From contig OZ252299.1 in the NCBI GenBank assembly GCA_965250285.1, positions 4,512,001 through 4,576,000 of the forward strand: DNA of 64,000 nt, given 5' to 3'. The notes under the pieces were generated by a model, which saw nothing but the letters and a program-made list of their open reading frames with translations, made no database searches and was not told where the DNA came from. The position numbers and the translations under genes were made by a program. This document shows positions 9,841 to 20,064 of this stretch, piece by piece (the first letter of the stretch is position 1; each line of letters begins with the position of its first letter). Source of the stretch: Myxococcota bacterium (GTDB lineage: Bacteria; Myxococcota_A; UBA9160; UBA4427).

Positions 9841-10317
9841 TCAGGTCTTCGGACGCCGCAACCTCGCGGCCTCGTCGTCGACGTCGTGGCGCCGTCGAAT
9901 CTGCAGGATCTGCTGCGCGATGACGTCGGGGGTCCAGCTGTACATCGGATCGGCCGGCTTGGCTGTGGAAGGCTTCTGGCACATCGGGCGTCGCCGGCCC
10001 CACAAGAGGAGATACGGACACTTCTCCTCTTGAGCCACTCGCACCTCGATCGACACGGGGTACGAACCCTCGGTGTGCTCGCCACAGATCACGATGACCT
10101 GATCGACGCTCCGAATCACGGCGCGCAGGCGCTCCTCGCCGCCTTTGTCTGCGGTCGACACCGTCGACGTCGCGGTGACGTCGAAGCCCGACGCGGCTTC
10201 GGCCGCCTGGGCGAGGAGCAGATTCAGCAAGTCGCCGTCGTGCTCGAGGTCGCAGCTGGCATACACCCGAACGTTGACACCCGCATCGCCGGGCTCCGAG
10301 AGATCGTGTCTGGTCAT
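9841..10317 (-). CDS. TIR-like domain protein (MTH538/ThsB/DUF1863 type)
   Basis: [23 protein letters not shown]...[15 protein letters not shown]...[21 protein letters not shown]; the putative catalytic Glu is retained. Confidence 0.75.
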   Translation of the reverse strand: MTRHDLSEPGDAGVNVRVYASCDLEHDGDLLNLLLAQAAEAASGFDVTATSTVSTADKGGEERLRAVIRSVDQVIVICGEHTEGSYPVSIEVRVAQEEKCPYLLLWGRRRPMCQKPSTAKPADPMYSWTPDVIAQQILQIRRRHDVDDEAARLRRPKT

Positions 10318-10848
10318 GTGTCGGCCTCCCAGGGATCGTCTGCGCAACGTGCAGGCGGCACGTGGCGATCACCTCCCGGGCATCCCTTGGCGTCGGTGCT
10401 GCACCGAATCGAAGGCGGCCTAGGTCCGTACGCTCACGGTTCGAGGAGCGACGTCTCGCATCCTCGAGAGCATAGAGCCTTTCATGAGGGCAGGGCCGGA
10501 TCGAACGATTGGCTTCGATCGCTGCGCGACGTGCGCGCCAGGCGTCCCGGCGCCCAAACCCGCCGCAGTCCCCCGTGTGCTAGGTTCGGGGGCATCGAGC
10601 AGGCGCGATCCGCGGCTGCTCTGCTTGCAAGCGCATCCCGAAGCGGGCACGACGCGAACCGCGCCGTCTCGCTGAGGGGATCTCGGCTCCACGGTGGAGC
10701 CCATCGATCGAGCGCTGCAACGACCCCTGGCCCCCTCGAACGGCCTCCATGTTTCAACGTGGGCACCACTGTGGCAGGCGGCTCCGGCCGTCACGGGCCG
10801 GTGACTTCGAGTATCCGGGTACGGGGCTCAACGGAAGAGAGCAAGAGT

Positions 10849-11052
10849 TTGTCAAACGGTACAGTCAAGTGGTTCAGCGACGAGAAGGGCTACGGCTTCA
10901 TTACGCCCGAGGACGGGTCCCAGGACCTCTTCGTCCATCATTCGAACATCCTGGGTGAAGGCTTCAAGTCGCTGAGCGACGGTCAAGCAGTGACCTACGA
11001 AGCCGCCGAGGGCCGCAAGGGCCCCGAGGCAACGAGCGTTCAGCCGCGATAG
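10849..11052 (+). CDS. cspA: Cold-shock protein
   Basis: TTG start; [32 protein letters not shown] with RNP1/RNP2 motifs. Confidence 0.95.
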   Translation: MSNGTVKWFSDEKGYGFITPEDGSQDLFVHHSNILGEGFKSLSDGQAVTYEAAEGRKGPEATSVQPR

Positions 11053-11253
11053 GCCCAGATCCGTCTCGTGCGGCGCTGTCGAGGCGCACGGCATTCCGGT
11101 CGGGTCCCGACTGGATCTGTGCGGGCGCAGACAGTGCCGTCGCAGTTGCAACACCGTCGGCGACGGCTCGCATTCGAGTCGTCGCCGACGCGTCTCACGC
11201 ACGGCCCGCGGATTCGCGCGGGGTTCTTCCTCACTGCGATTGGTTTCTCGGGG

Positions 11254-11874
11254 GTGCCGGTGCTTGAGCACAGTCAATCGACCACTCACGCCGACGTATC
11301 GAATGTCGTCGATGCGATTCGAGAGACGAGCACCCTCCTTTCATCCTCGTCTCGAGCAGACTACGTGTGCACCGAGCTCTTCTGCGTCGATCGGGCACTC
11401 TGCCGAATTCAATCGCAAGGTCTCGCCAGCGGGTCGGTGTTCTGCGATTGGGGGAGCGGGCTCGGAGGCGTGTGCATCATCGCCGCCCTCCATGGTTTCG
11501 AGTCGTACGGGATCGAGATCGACGCGAGACTCGTGACTGCGTCGAGAGCGTTGGCGGCGGATCTCGATCTTCCCGTCACCTATGCCGAGGGCTCATTCTT
11601 GCAGCCCGGAGACGAAAGCCTGCTGGCCGACCCTCCGCTCCGAACGCAGCTCGTATTCGATGGCGAAGCATGGCGTCGACTCCGACGCCGCCCGATCGAC
11701 TGCGACGTGGTCTTCTCGTACCCGTGGCCGGGTGACGAGTCGTTCGTCGAGCGCGTGTTCACGTCTCGTGCTCAGGAAGGCGCGCTTCTGCTGACGTTTC
11801 ACGACTTCGACCGCATACTGGCTCAAAGGAAGGTCTCGGAGGCCGGGGATCTCGACACCATCGGTTGGCTCTGA
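11254..11874 (+). CDS. Class I SAM-dependent methyltransferase-like protein
   Basis: FCDWGSGLGG motif I, GIEID, DVVFSYPWP; start uncertain. Confidence 0.7.
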   Translation: MPVLEHSQSTTHADVSNVVDAIRETSTLLSSSSRADYVCTELFCVDRALCRIQSQGLASGSVFCDWGSGLGGVCIIAALHGFESYGIEIDARLVTASRALAADLDLPVTYAEGSFLQPGDESLLADPPLRTQLVFDGEAWRRLRRRPIDCDVVFSYPWPGDESFVERVFTSRAQEGALLLTFHDFDRILAQRKVSEAGDLDTIGWL

Positions 11875-11916
11875 CGCGTTTCCTCAGGCGAAAGCACGGA
11901 GGCCTCGAACCGAGCC

Positions 11917-12924
11917 GTGGGTCGCATTACGACACTGTTCGTGCACAAGATCGTCGCGCAGGTCGCACCCGGCATCGACCGAGCCGAGCTGCTTCGCAGT
12001 GTCGGCGTCGATCCCGATCGGCCCATCGACCCCAAGGCAATGATCGACGATGCCGAGTACTACGCGTTGCTCGAGCGCATTGCCGAAGCCGACGCGGCGG
12101 CGGTCGACCTGCCCCTGCGCACGGGCGCCTCGATGCGGTGCGACGAGTACGGCGCGCTGGGTCTGGCGATGAAGTCGGCTCCGACGGCACGGGGATCGTT
12201 CGAGCGCGCCGAGCGATACGCACGCGTCCTGACGAGCGTGTCGACCTACGAAGTGCGTGAGACGGGCGACGGCGTTTACGTGCATCTCCACCGCGAGGGC
12301 GAGCGGCGGCTGGGGCTGCGGCTCTCGAACGAAGCGACGATCGCGAGCCTGTTCTCGATCGCACGCGAGGTCTCGACCGCGCCCCCGCAGCCGTCGCGAA
12401 TCATGCTGAAGCACGCTGCGCCCGGGGTGCACCCTCCGCACGCCGACTTCTTCGGCTGTCCCGTCGAGTTCACAGCCGAGCACGATGCATTGCTCTACGC
12501 GCCGGGCGCACTCGAGCAGCCCAACCGCATCGGCGACCCGAGCGTGGTTCGCTTCTTCGATACCCACCTCGCAGCCGAGCTGGCTGAGCTCGAGGACGAC
12601 GAAGCGCTGGATCGCCGCGTCGAGATCGAGGTCTCGAAGACCTTGAGCGACGGCGTGCCCAAGATCAGCGACGTCGCTCGCGGGCTCGGGATGAGTGGCC
12701 GGACGCTTCAGCGACGTCTTGCCGATCAGGGCCTCTCATTCCAGGGCCTGGTCGACACCGCGCGGCGTAAGCTCGCCGAGAAGCTGCTTCGCGAGACCGA
12801 CTATCCGCTCGCCGAGATCGCCTTCCTCACCGGGTTCGCGGAGCAGAGCGCATTCAATCGTGCCTTCAAGCGCTGGGGCGGACAGACGCCCCGGTCGTAT
12901 CGAATCTCGACGCGCGGCGACTGA
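11917..12924 (+). CDS. AraC family transcriptional regulator
   Basis: YGALGLAMKSAPT N-terminal domain; C-terminal HTH MSGRTLQRRL...LTGFAEQSAFNRAFKRWGG. Confidence 0.93.
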   Translation: MGRITTLFVHKIVAQVAPGIDRAELLRSVGVDPDRPIDPKAMIDDAEYYALLERIAEADAAAVDLPLRTGASMRCDEYGALGLAMKSAPTARGSFERAERYARVLTSVSTYEVRETGDGVYVHLHREGERRLGLRLSNEATIASLFSIAREVSTAPPQPSRIMLKHAAPGVHPPHADFFGCPVEFTAEHDALLYAPGALEQPNRIGDPSVVRFFDTHLAAELAELEDDEALDRRVEIEVSKTLSDGVPKISDVARGLGMSGRTLQRRLADQGLSFQGLVDTARRKLAEKLLRETDYPLAEIAFLTGFAEQSAFNRAFKRWGGQTPRSYRISTRGD

Positions 12925-12951
12925 CGCGCGCCCCCCCCCCCCCGGCCGCCT

Positions 12952-12988
12952 TGGCGCACACGGTCAATCCTCTGTCGCGGCCGGCCAA
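12952..12988 (+). promoter_or_regulatory. Putative AraC tandem operator
   Basis: TGGCGCacacGGTCAA and TGTCGCggccGGCCAA direct repeats at a 21-bp period, upstream of the NmrA-like gene. Confidence 0.55.
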
Positions 12989-13069
12989 GAACGCATCCCG
13001 TGCCGCTCGTAGCTTCAGCTCCGAATGAAGGCCAGGGCCTGTCGCCCGGCCGCATATCAGGAGCAAGCC

Positions 13070-13924
13070 ATGACCCGAAAGAACCTCGACCCCCAGCGAC
13101 CGATCCTCGTTCTCGGTGCGACCGGCAAGACCGGACGCAGGATCATTCAGATGCTCGCCGACGAGGGTGTGCCGACGCGCGCCGGCTCGCGCTCGGCCGT
13201 GCCCGCCTTCGACTGGAACGACGAGGCCGGCTGGGACGCCTGCCTCGAAGGCGTGCGCGCCGTCTACATCAACTACGCACCCGACCTCGCGATGCCCGGG
13301 GCCACCGACGCGATCCGCACTCTGGTCGAGAAGGCGAGACGCGCCGGCGTCGAGCGGCTCGTGATCCTCTCGGGTCGCGGTGAAGAAGAGGCCCAGGCGT
13401 GCGAGCGCATCGTGCAGGCGAGCGACCTCGACTGGACGCTCGTGCGCGCGAGCTGGTTCAACCAGAACTTCAGCGAGGGCGCCTTCGTCGATCTCGTGCA
13501 GGCCGGACAGATCGCACTGTCGGCCGGCGACGTGCCCGAACCTTTCGTCGACGTGCAGGACATCGCCGAGGTCGCCGTCGCCGCATTGACGCAGCCCGGC
13601 CACTCGGGCGAGGTCTACGAGGTGACCGGGCCGCGGATGCTGACCTTCGCAGAGGCGGCGGCCGAGATCGGTCGAGCGACGGGCCGCGATGTCCGGTACG
13701 TCCAGGTGCCCCACGACGCCTTCGTCGAAGGGGTTGCAAGCTCGGGCGCGCCGAAGGACGTGGTCTGGATGCTCGACTATCTCTTCGCGACGGTGCTCGA
13801 CGGCCGCAACGCCCACGTGACCGACGGCGTGCAGCGCGCCCTCGGTCGCCCGCCCCGGGACTTTGCCGACTACTGCCGTGAGATCGCCGCATCAGGCCTT
13901 TGGAACGCGAAGGAGGTGGCGTGA
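13070..13924 (+). CDS. NAD(P)H-binding NmrA-like (atypical SDR) protein
   Basis: AGGAG RBS; ILVLGATGKTGRR; WTLVRASWFNQNF; PFVDVQDIAEV. Confidence 0.9.
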   Translation: MTRKNLDPQRPILVLGATGKTGRRIIQMLADEGVPTRAGSRSAVPAFDWNDEAGWDACLEGVRAVYINYAPDLAMPGATDAIRTLVEKARRAGVERLVILSGRGEEEAQACERIVQASDLDWTLVRASWFNQNFSEGAFVDLVQAGQIALSAGDVPEPFVDVQDIAEVAVAALTQPGHSGEVYEVTGPRMLTFAEAAAEIGRATGRDVRYVQVPHDAFVEGVASSGAPKDVVWMLDYLFATVLDGRNAHVTDGVQRALGRPPRDFADYCREIAASGLWNAKEVA

Positions 13925-14403
13925 TGTCGACGACCCTTCCGCTCCTCGTCGGGCTCGCCACGCTCGGCTCTGCACTGATCGCGGGGACGTTCTTTGCTTT
14001 CTCGAGCTTCATCATGCGTGCGCTCGGTGATCTACCGCCGGCGGCCGGCATCGCGGCGATGCAGCGCATCAACGTGGTGGTACTGAATCGCTCGTTCCTC
14101 GGTGCCTTCATGGGCACCGCCGTCGTGTCGCTCGGAGTCGGCGTGCTCGCAGTGTTCGGCTCGGATCATCCGGGCGCGGCCTGGTTTGTCGCCGGCGCGA
14201 TGCTCTATCTGCTGGGGACGTTCGCGGTCACCGCGGCGGGCAACGTACCGCTCAACGATCGACTCGCCGCGGTCGAGGCCGAAACGCCCGCCGCGGCCGA
14301 GGTCTGGTCGCACTACCTGGTTCGCTGGACGCGGCTGAACACGCTCCGAACCGCAGCCGCCGCGTTGGCCGTCGCGGCCTTCTGCGTCGGTCTATCGCGG
14401 TGA
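13924..14403 (+). CDS. DUF1772 / anthrone oxygenase family membrane protein
   Basis: AGTFFAFSSFIMRAL, AMQRIN, GNVPLNDRL and WTRLNTLRT. Confidence 0.85.
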   Translation: MSTTLPLLVGLATLGSALIAGTFFAFSSFIMRALGDLPPAAGIAAMQRINVVVLNRSFLGAFMGTAVVSLGVGVLAVFGSDHPGAAWFVAGAMLYLLGTFAVTAAGNVPLNDRLAAVEAETPAAAEVWSHYLVRWTRLNTLRTAAAALAVAAFCVGLSR

Positions 14404-15525
14404 GAGGGCGCGCGGCCGGTCGGCCTCGGCCAGATCGGCGTCGCCAATGGCGGCGACCAGATCACTGATCGCGCGGTCGCGCGCCGCATCGTCTTCCCGC
14501 CGCACGTTCACGTGCCCGATCTTGCGAAGCGGCCTGGGCGCCTTGCCGTAGTCGTAGAGCTTCGCCCCTTCGACCGACTCGACGGCGCCCGCCGGTGGCA
14601 GGGTGCCGATCAGGTTCAGCATCGCGCTCGAACCGTCGAGCGCAGTCGACTCGATCGGCCAACCAGCGACGGCCCGCATGTGATTCTCGAACTGGCTCGT
14701 CTGCGCACCATCGAGGGTCCAGTGACCCGAGTTGTGCACTCGGCACGCCATCTCGTTCACGAGCCAGCGACCGTCGACCTCGAAGAGCTCGATGGCGATC
14801 ACGCCGCGGTAGTCGAGCGCCCCGCAGATGCGCGCGAGCCACTCGCGGCCCGTCGCGAGCTGGGCGTCGGTCAGCCCCGCGGCCGGCGCCCGCGAGATGC
14901 GAAGAATGCCGCCGACGTGGGCGTTCTCGGGCGGCGCCCACATCTCGATGGCCCCGTCGGCGTCGCAGACGGCGACGAGCGAGAGCTCGCGATCGAAGGG
15001 GACGAAGGCTTCGAGGATCGCCGGCCGGTCGCCGAGCTCACGCGCGGCCGGGGCGAGGTCGTCCGGGCCGTGCAGCCGCCACTGCCCCTTGCCGTCATAC
15101 CCATCGGATCGCGTCTTCAAGATGGCGGGCAGACCCACCGACTCGACGGCGCGCTCGAGCTCTTCGAGATTCGAGACAGGTTCGAAGTCGGCTGTCGCGA
15201 TGTCGTGATCGCGCAAGAAGCTCTTCTCGAGCAGCCGGTCGCGCACGACTTCGAGCGCGCGCGTGCTCGGGTGCAGCGGCATCTTCGCCTCGAGCGCGCG
15301 ACACGTCTCGAGGGGCACGCCCTCGAACTCGTACGTGACGACATCGCAGTCTTCGAGGGCGCGCGCGACCTCGGGCGACTCGTACGCAGCCGTCAGGGTG
15401 GGCGCGACCTGCGAGGCCGAGCAGCCGGCTTGCGGATCGATGACGAGGACATCGATGCCGATGCGCTGAGCGTCTTCGGCGAGCATGCGCCCCAGCTGTC
15501 CGCCGCCGAGGATTCCGACCCTCAC
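14392..15525 (-). CDS. purK: N5-carboxyaminoimidazole ribonucleotide synthase
   Basis: GILGGGQLGRML, GYDGKGQ, RVHNSGHWT, SQFENH and RKIGH; adjacent to purE. Confidence 0.96.
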   Translation of the reverse strand: MRVGILGGGQLGRMLAEDAQRIGIDVLVIDPQAGCSASQVAPTLTAAYESPEVARALEDCDVVTYEFEGVPLETCRALEAKMPLHPSTRALEVVRDRLLEKSFLRDHDIATADFEPVSNLEELERAVESVGLPAILKTRSDGYDGKGQWRLHGPDDLAPAARELGDRPAILEAFVPFDRELSLVAVCDADGAIEMWAPPENAHVGGILRISRAPAAGLTDAQLATGREWLARICGALDYRGVIAIELFEVDGRWLVNEMACRVHNSGHWTLDGAQTSQFENHMRAVAGWPIESTALDGSSAMLNLIGTLPPAGAVESVEGAKLYDYGKAPRPLRKIGHVNVRREDDAARDRAISDLVAAIGDADLAEADRPRALSPR

Positions 15526-15578
15526 GCCCGCTCCTTCTTTCTTGACTCGAGTTCGTCGAGGGCCCTGAGTCGGCCCGA

Positions 15579-16112
15579 TCAGCTGCCTTCTTCTTTCCAG
15601 GGCGGCGGAGTATGGAGGACGCGCTCGGTCTGCGCGAGGCGTCGCGCGCGCAGGCGGTCGCGCAGGGCGGCGTCGGCGTGGCCGAGCATCTCGGCGGCGA
15701 GCAGCCCGGCATTGGCCGCGCCTGAGGGACCGATTGCGAGGGTGCCGACGGCGACGCCCGCCGGCATCTGCGCAATCGAGAGCAGCGAGTCGACCCCGCT
15801 GAGCGCGCGACTCTTCACCGGCACACCGAGCACCGGCAACACCGTCATCGACGCCAGCATACCCGGCAGGTGGGCCGCCCCACCGGCGCCCGCAATGATG
15901 ACGGCGAGCCCACGCTCTTCGGCACGGCGGCCGTACTCGAAGAGCAGCTCGGGGGTGCGATGGGCCGAGACCACGTGGGTCTCGTGCGCGACCTCGAGCT
16001 CACTGAGCACACTCGCCGCCTCTTGCATCGTCGGCCAATCGGAGGTCGAGCCCATCACGATGCCTACGGGTCCCGGGGCCGAGGCGTCGAGCCAGGCGGG
16101 GCGGTCGTCCAT
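15579..16112 (-). CDS. purE: N5-carboxyaminoimidazole ribonucleotide mutase
   Basis: [26 protein letters not shown] and QMPAGV. Confidence 0.97.
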   Translation of the reverse strand: MDDRPAWLDASAPGPVGIVMGSTSDWPTMQEAASVLSELEVAHETHVVSAHRTPELLFEYGRRAEERGLAVIIAGAGGAAHLPGMLASMTVLPVLGVPVKSRALSGVDSLLSIAQMPAGVAVGTLAIGPSGAANAGLLAAEMLGHADAALRDRLRARRLAQTERVLHTPPPWKEEGS

Positions 16113-16233
16113 CTTCGAGCTCCTTCGCGGTGGGCGCAGGTTAGCTCGAAAAAGTTTGGGGGGCGGCGAGGCCCGGCCGAGCGATCAGCGCCTCCGGCGC
16201 CCTTTACGGCGCGGCGCTGCGGGGCGGCTTTCT

Positions 16234-17004
16234 CTACGTCGAGCCAGATCGTCGCGCGCGAGCCGATAGCTGCCACACGCCGATCGTGACGAGCCCCAGA
16301 GCCAAACAACCCAACCCGATCCCGGCCGGCGCGAGACCCGGCACCGCCACGCCGCCCGGTGCGTTGACGACGACCTCGAAGTTGTCGATCGAGAAGCTGG
16401 TCCCTGCCTCGTTGACGGCGCCGCCGAGGAACCCGAAGCGGATCGGGTCGCCCGAAGCCGAGAAATCCGGCGGCGTTCCGGCGTTGACCTCCTCGAAGTC
16501 GGCCTGCGCCAGATCGACCGACTCGACCGGGCCCCAGTTCATCAGATCGAACGCAGGCTCGGCCGTCGACGGCGCGTAGATGCCGCCACCCTGGGTGAAG
16601 GCGAAGACGAGCGTCGGTTGCGAGAGGTCGAGGGGGGCGTTCGTGCCGATGATGTCGGCTCGAAAACGCACCGTATCGAGCGGCCCATCCACAGCGGGAT
16701 CCCAGCCGCTCGCAGTCTGGAACGTGCCCACGGTCGACAGCACGCCGGGCAAGATGAGAGCACGGTAGGCACCCGGGTTGCCGCCCGAAGCGAGCGTGGT
16801 CGACGACCCACCCGCGAACGTGAAGCCGTCGAACCAGTCGACGAAGTCGCCGTCGTTCACGACGAGCTGTTGTGCCCCGGCCGGCCACGCCAGGGCCGTG
16901 AGCCAGAGTGCAGAGACGATCCTCAGACCCAGACGGGGTCCGCGTCGAGAGCTGAATCGGCGAGCGGCGCCACCGAAGAACCAACGAAGCACCTCGTTTC
17001 GCAT
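16234..17004 (-). CDS. Secreted protein with C-terminal IPTL-CTERM-like sorting signal
   Basis: GGAGG RBS, signal peptide (AWPAGA/QQ) and a tail AVPGLAPAG + TM + RARR. Confidence 0.7.
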   Translation of the reverse strand: MRNEVLRWFFGGAARRFSSRRGPRLGLRIVSALWLTALAWPAGAQQLVVNDGDFVDWFDGFTFAGGSSTTLASGGNPGAYRALILPGVLSTVGTFQTASGWDPAVDGPLDTVRFRADIIGTNAPLDLSQPTLVFAFTQGGGIYAPSTAEPAFDLMNWGPVESVDLAQADFEEVNAGTPPDFSASGDPIRFGFLGGAVNEAGTSFSIDNFEVVVNAPGGVAVPGLAPAGIGLGCLALGLVTIGVWQLSARARRSGST

Positions 17005-17249
17005 CCCGACCTCCGCACGATTGAGCGCCCAAGTCACGGCTTCCATCCTGCACTGTCGCCCAGCGAAAATCGACACAGAAATGCGACCGCGGCCCAATGA
17101 GATCCGACGGGGCACCGATCTGTACCGTTTCGGGCGCACGAGGCCCGCCCGGAGCCCGGCGGAGCGGGGCCGACCACAGCGGTCTCGATCGGCGCGAACG
17201 CAGGCCAGCACGTCGGTCGCCAGCGGTCGATCGGCTCTATGCTCTTCGC

Positions 17250-17579
17250 ATGTCCGACGCGCGCACAATCGGTCGACCGCACTTCTCCGTGGGCGAAGTC
17301 GTCCAGCACGCGCTCTTCGGCTACCGCGGCGTCGTCGTCGATCTCGATGCGACCTTCCAGCTCACCGACGAGTGGTACGACGAGGTCGCACGCAGCCGGC
17401 CGCCTAAGGACGCGCCGTGGTATCACGTGGTCGTCGAAGACTCGGACGCCGTCCGCTACGTCGCCGAGCGCAACCTGCGCGCGGACGACACGGGCGAGCC
17501 GGTGCGCAATCCCCTGCTCGACGAGCTCTTCGCAGGGTTCGATGATGGGCGGTATCGGCGACGCGACCGGCTCCAGTAG
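17250..17579 (+). CDS. hspQ: Heat shock protein HspQ (YccV-like hemimethylated DNA-binding domain)
   Basis: FSVGEVVQHALFGYRGVVVDLD...PWYHVVV...YVAERNL. Confidence 0.88.
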   Translation: MSDARTIGRPHFSVGEVVQHALFGYRGVVVDLDATFQLTDEWYDEVARSRPPKDAPWYHVVVEDSDAVRYVAERNLRADDTGEPVRNPLLDELFAGFDDGRYRRRDRLQ

Positions 17580-17673
17580 GCCGCCGCCCAGCGCTGATGT
17601 GAGGCGTTCGCTCGGATCCGATCGCTCGCCCGAGGCGCGCCCTGCGCGCAGCGGACGCCGCACCGAAGGGCGG

Positions 17674-20061
17674 CTACTGAACAGTCAGCGGGCCGAGTCT
17701 CTGCGCAGCCTCGAGCTCTCGGCGCGCCTCTTCTTCGCGGCCGAGGCGGGTCAAGACCTGGGCGAGCCGCTGGTGCGACGCCGCGCTCGGGCGAAGCCGC
17801 GTGGCCTGTTGCAGCGGGGTCACCGCCTCTTCGAGTCGGCCCTCGGCCACCAGGACGCCGGCGAGCTGCTCGTAGGCGAGCGGCTGATCGGGCTCGGTCG
17901 CGATCGCCGCGTCGAGCTGGTCGATGGCCTCTTTGGTCTTGCCCTGCTGAGCAAGCACCAGGGCGAGGCCGACATGCGTGCGCGCGCTCGGCCCTTCGGC
18001 CAGCGCAGCGCGCAGGTGACGCTCGGCGCCATCGAGCTCGCCCCGGCGAGCGAGCGAGCTGCCGAGGTTGTAGTGCGCCGAGACCGACTTCGGATCGAGC
18101 TCGAGGGCGCGCTCGTACATCTCGGCCGCCTCTTCGCTGAGCCCCTGACGATCGAGCACGAAGCCGAGGTCGCTGTAGATCGCCGGGCGCGCTTCGATCG
18201 CGAGCGACTCGCGGTAGTGCGCCTCGGCGACCTCGAGCTCGCCGAGATCGATCGAGGCGAGCGCGATGTTGTTGTGCGCCTTCGTATGCTTCGGATCGAC
18301 GGCGAGCGCCTGCTCGAGCGTCTCGACCGCCTCGGCGCTCAGCCCCTGCTGAAAGAGCGCGAAACCCTTCGAGTTGAGCAGCTCGACGTTCTCGGGCTCG
18401 ACTTCGAGCCCGCGGTCGTACGACCGGACCGCGCCGGGATAGTTGCCCGTGCGCTCGTTCGCCATGCCCGCGCGCAGGAACGAGTAGGCATCGAGAAAAC
18501 GCTCTTCGATGCTCGCGATCGAGTCGGCGGGGATCGGCACGAACTCGGGGATGTTCGCAGCGCGGTCGCGCTCGGTGAAGCGGTCGAGCACGACGGGCGG
18601 GGTCGATCGCCCTTCATCATCGATGTGCGTGAGAAAGAGCTGCGTATAGGGCGTGTACGCCTTCGACGAGAAGACCAGCCAACGCCCATTCGACGAGAAG
18701 CTGTGCCACGAGTTCATGAGCGGGGTGTTCGCGCGCAGCCGACGCGCCTCGCCGCCTTCGGCCGGGACGATGAAGAGCTCGCTGTCCGGCATCAGCAGCA
18801 TGTAGTTCTCGGCCTTGCAGAAGACGATCCACTTCCCGTCCGGTGAGAACTTCGCGAAGAAGTTGCTCATGCCATTGTGCGACGCGCCTTCGATGGGCTC
18901 GGCCTGCCCCCCCATGCCCTCGTTGAAGGGCACGCGATACAGATCGAACTTGAAGGGGGCGCGATCCTCGACGAACTCGGGCACGTCCTCCCCGTCGAGC
19001 AGGATCGTGCTCGCATCGTCGACCCCGCCCTTTCGATAGGCCTTGGTGCGGGCGAAGACGACCGACTTGCCGTCGGGGCTCCACGTCGGATTGCTCTGCA
19101 CGTACTCGGGATCGTCGGCGCCCGGCAGCGGCGCATACGTGCCGGTCTGCGTGTCGTAGACGACGAGGATGCCCTTGATCGGGAAGAAGAGCTGCGAGAA
19201 CGCGATCTCGGGCGTCGCCACGAAGACGGCGCGATCCTTGACCGTGCTGATCACGTAGCGACCGTCGGGCGAGATCTGCGAGAGCAGGCCGAAGGTGAGC
19301 TCGCCGTCGTCTCGCTCGTAGTCGCTCCAGGTGATGATCTTCTCGTCGTTCATCACCATCTCTTGCTCGACGGGCAGCACGGCGTACGCGCCCTTGTCGT
19401 TGCCGTAGTCGACGTCGAGGCCCAGCACGCTGCCGTCGCCCGAGAACGAGTGGCAGTTGCCGCAGACGGGCAGGTTCTCGAGAACGATCGGCGGCCCTTC
19501 CATCGAATCGACCGAGCCGAATCGCCAGCGAATGCGCGACGGATCCTGCACGGCGTCGATGAACGGCAGCGGCACCTCGCGGTAGAAGATCGCGTCGCCC
19601 ACCGGATCGGTGGAGGTGCGAATGCGCACCGTGCTGGCCGAGACGGGCTGGCCCGTCGGGCCCAGGCCAACGATGGCGACCTCTGCGTCTTGCTCGGTGC
19701 TGCCACCCTTGATCTCGGCCCAGTGCGGCTCGGCCGGTCGCCACTGCGGCTCGCTGGTCGAGAAGCGACGTCCATCGTCGTCGCCGTCCAGGCGCAGCAT
19801 CACCTGCCACTCGCTGACTCCCTCGGTCTCATCCTTCCAGACGAACGTTGGCGCCACGATCTCGGGCGGAAAGAGCGTGTCGTCGAGGGGATACGTGATT
19901 TCGAGCGCGCCGGTCGCCGCTGCGGGGAAGGCGACCTTCGTCGGCGCGGCCTCGCGGCTGCAGCCCAGCCAGGCGCCAAGGGCGAGGGCGATGAAGAGAA
20001 GCGTCCGCGCGGGCGGGCGGAGTCGGGGGCGACTCGCATCTCGGGGTCGAGCATCGGTCAC
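17674..20061 (-). CDS. Lipoprotein with TolB-like (PD40) beta-propeller and C-terminal TPR repeats
   Basis: Lipobox WLGC; repeated SPDG motifs; multiple TPRs; a CGNCH motif. Start uncertain (GTG 20061). Confidence 0.85.
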   Translation of the reverse strand: MTDARPRDASRPRLRPPARTLLFIALALGAWLGCSREAAPTKVAFPAAATGALEITYPLDDTLFPPEIVAPTFVWKDETEGVSEWQVMLRLDGDDDGRRFSTSEPQWRPAEPHWAEIKGGSTEQDAEVAIVGLGPTGQPVSASTVRIRTSTDPVGDAIFYREVPLPFIDAVQDPSRIRWRFGSVDSMEGPPIVLENLPVCGNCHSFSGDGSVLGLDVDYGNDKGAYAVLPVEQEMVMNDEKIITWSDYERDDGELTFGLLSQISPDGRYVISTVKDRAVFVATPEIAFSQLFFPIKGILVVYDTQTGTYAPLPGADDPEYVQSNPTWSPDGKSVVFARTKAYRKGGVDDASTILLDGEDVPEFVEDRAPFKFDLYRVPFNEGMGGQAEPIEGASHNGMSNFFAKFSPDGKWIVFCKAENYMLLMPDSELFIVPAEGGEARRLRANTPLMNSWHSFSSNGRWLVFSSKAYTPYTQLFLTHIDDEGRSTPPVVLDRFTERDRAANIPEFVPIPADSIASIEERFLDAYSFLRAGMANERTGNYPGAVRSYDRGLEVEPENVELLNSKGFALFQQGLSAEAVETLEQALAVDPKHTKAHNNIALASIDLGELEVAEAHYRESLAIEARPAIYSDLGFVLDRQGLSEEAAEMYERALELDPKSVSAHYNLGSSLARRGELDGAERHLRAALAEGPSARTHVGLALVLAQQGKTKEAIDQLDAAIATEPDQPLAYEQLAGVLVAEGRLEEAVTPLQQATRLRPSAASHQRLAQVLTRLGREEEARRELEAAQRLGPLTVQ

Positions 20062-20064
20062 GGC

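Noticed and set aside
9841..11874. Complete Thoeris or other defence system
   Set aside because: No ThsA-type effector or other defence gene is adjacent; only the orphan TIR is reported.
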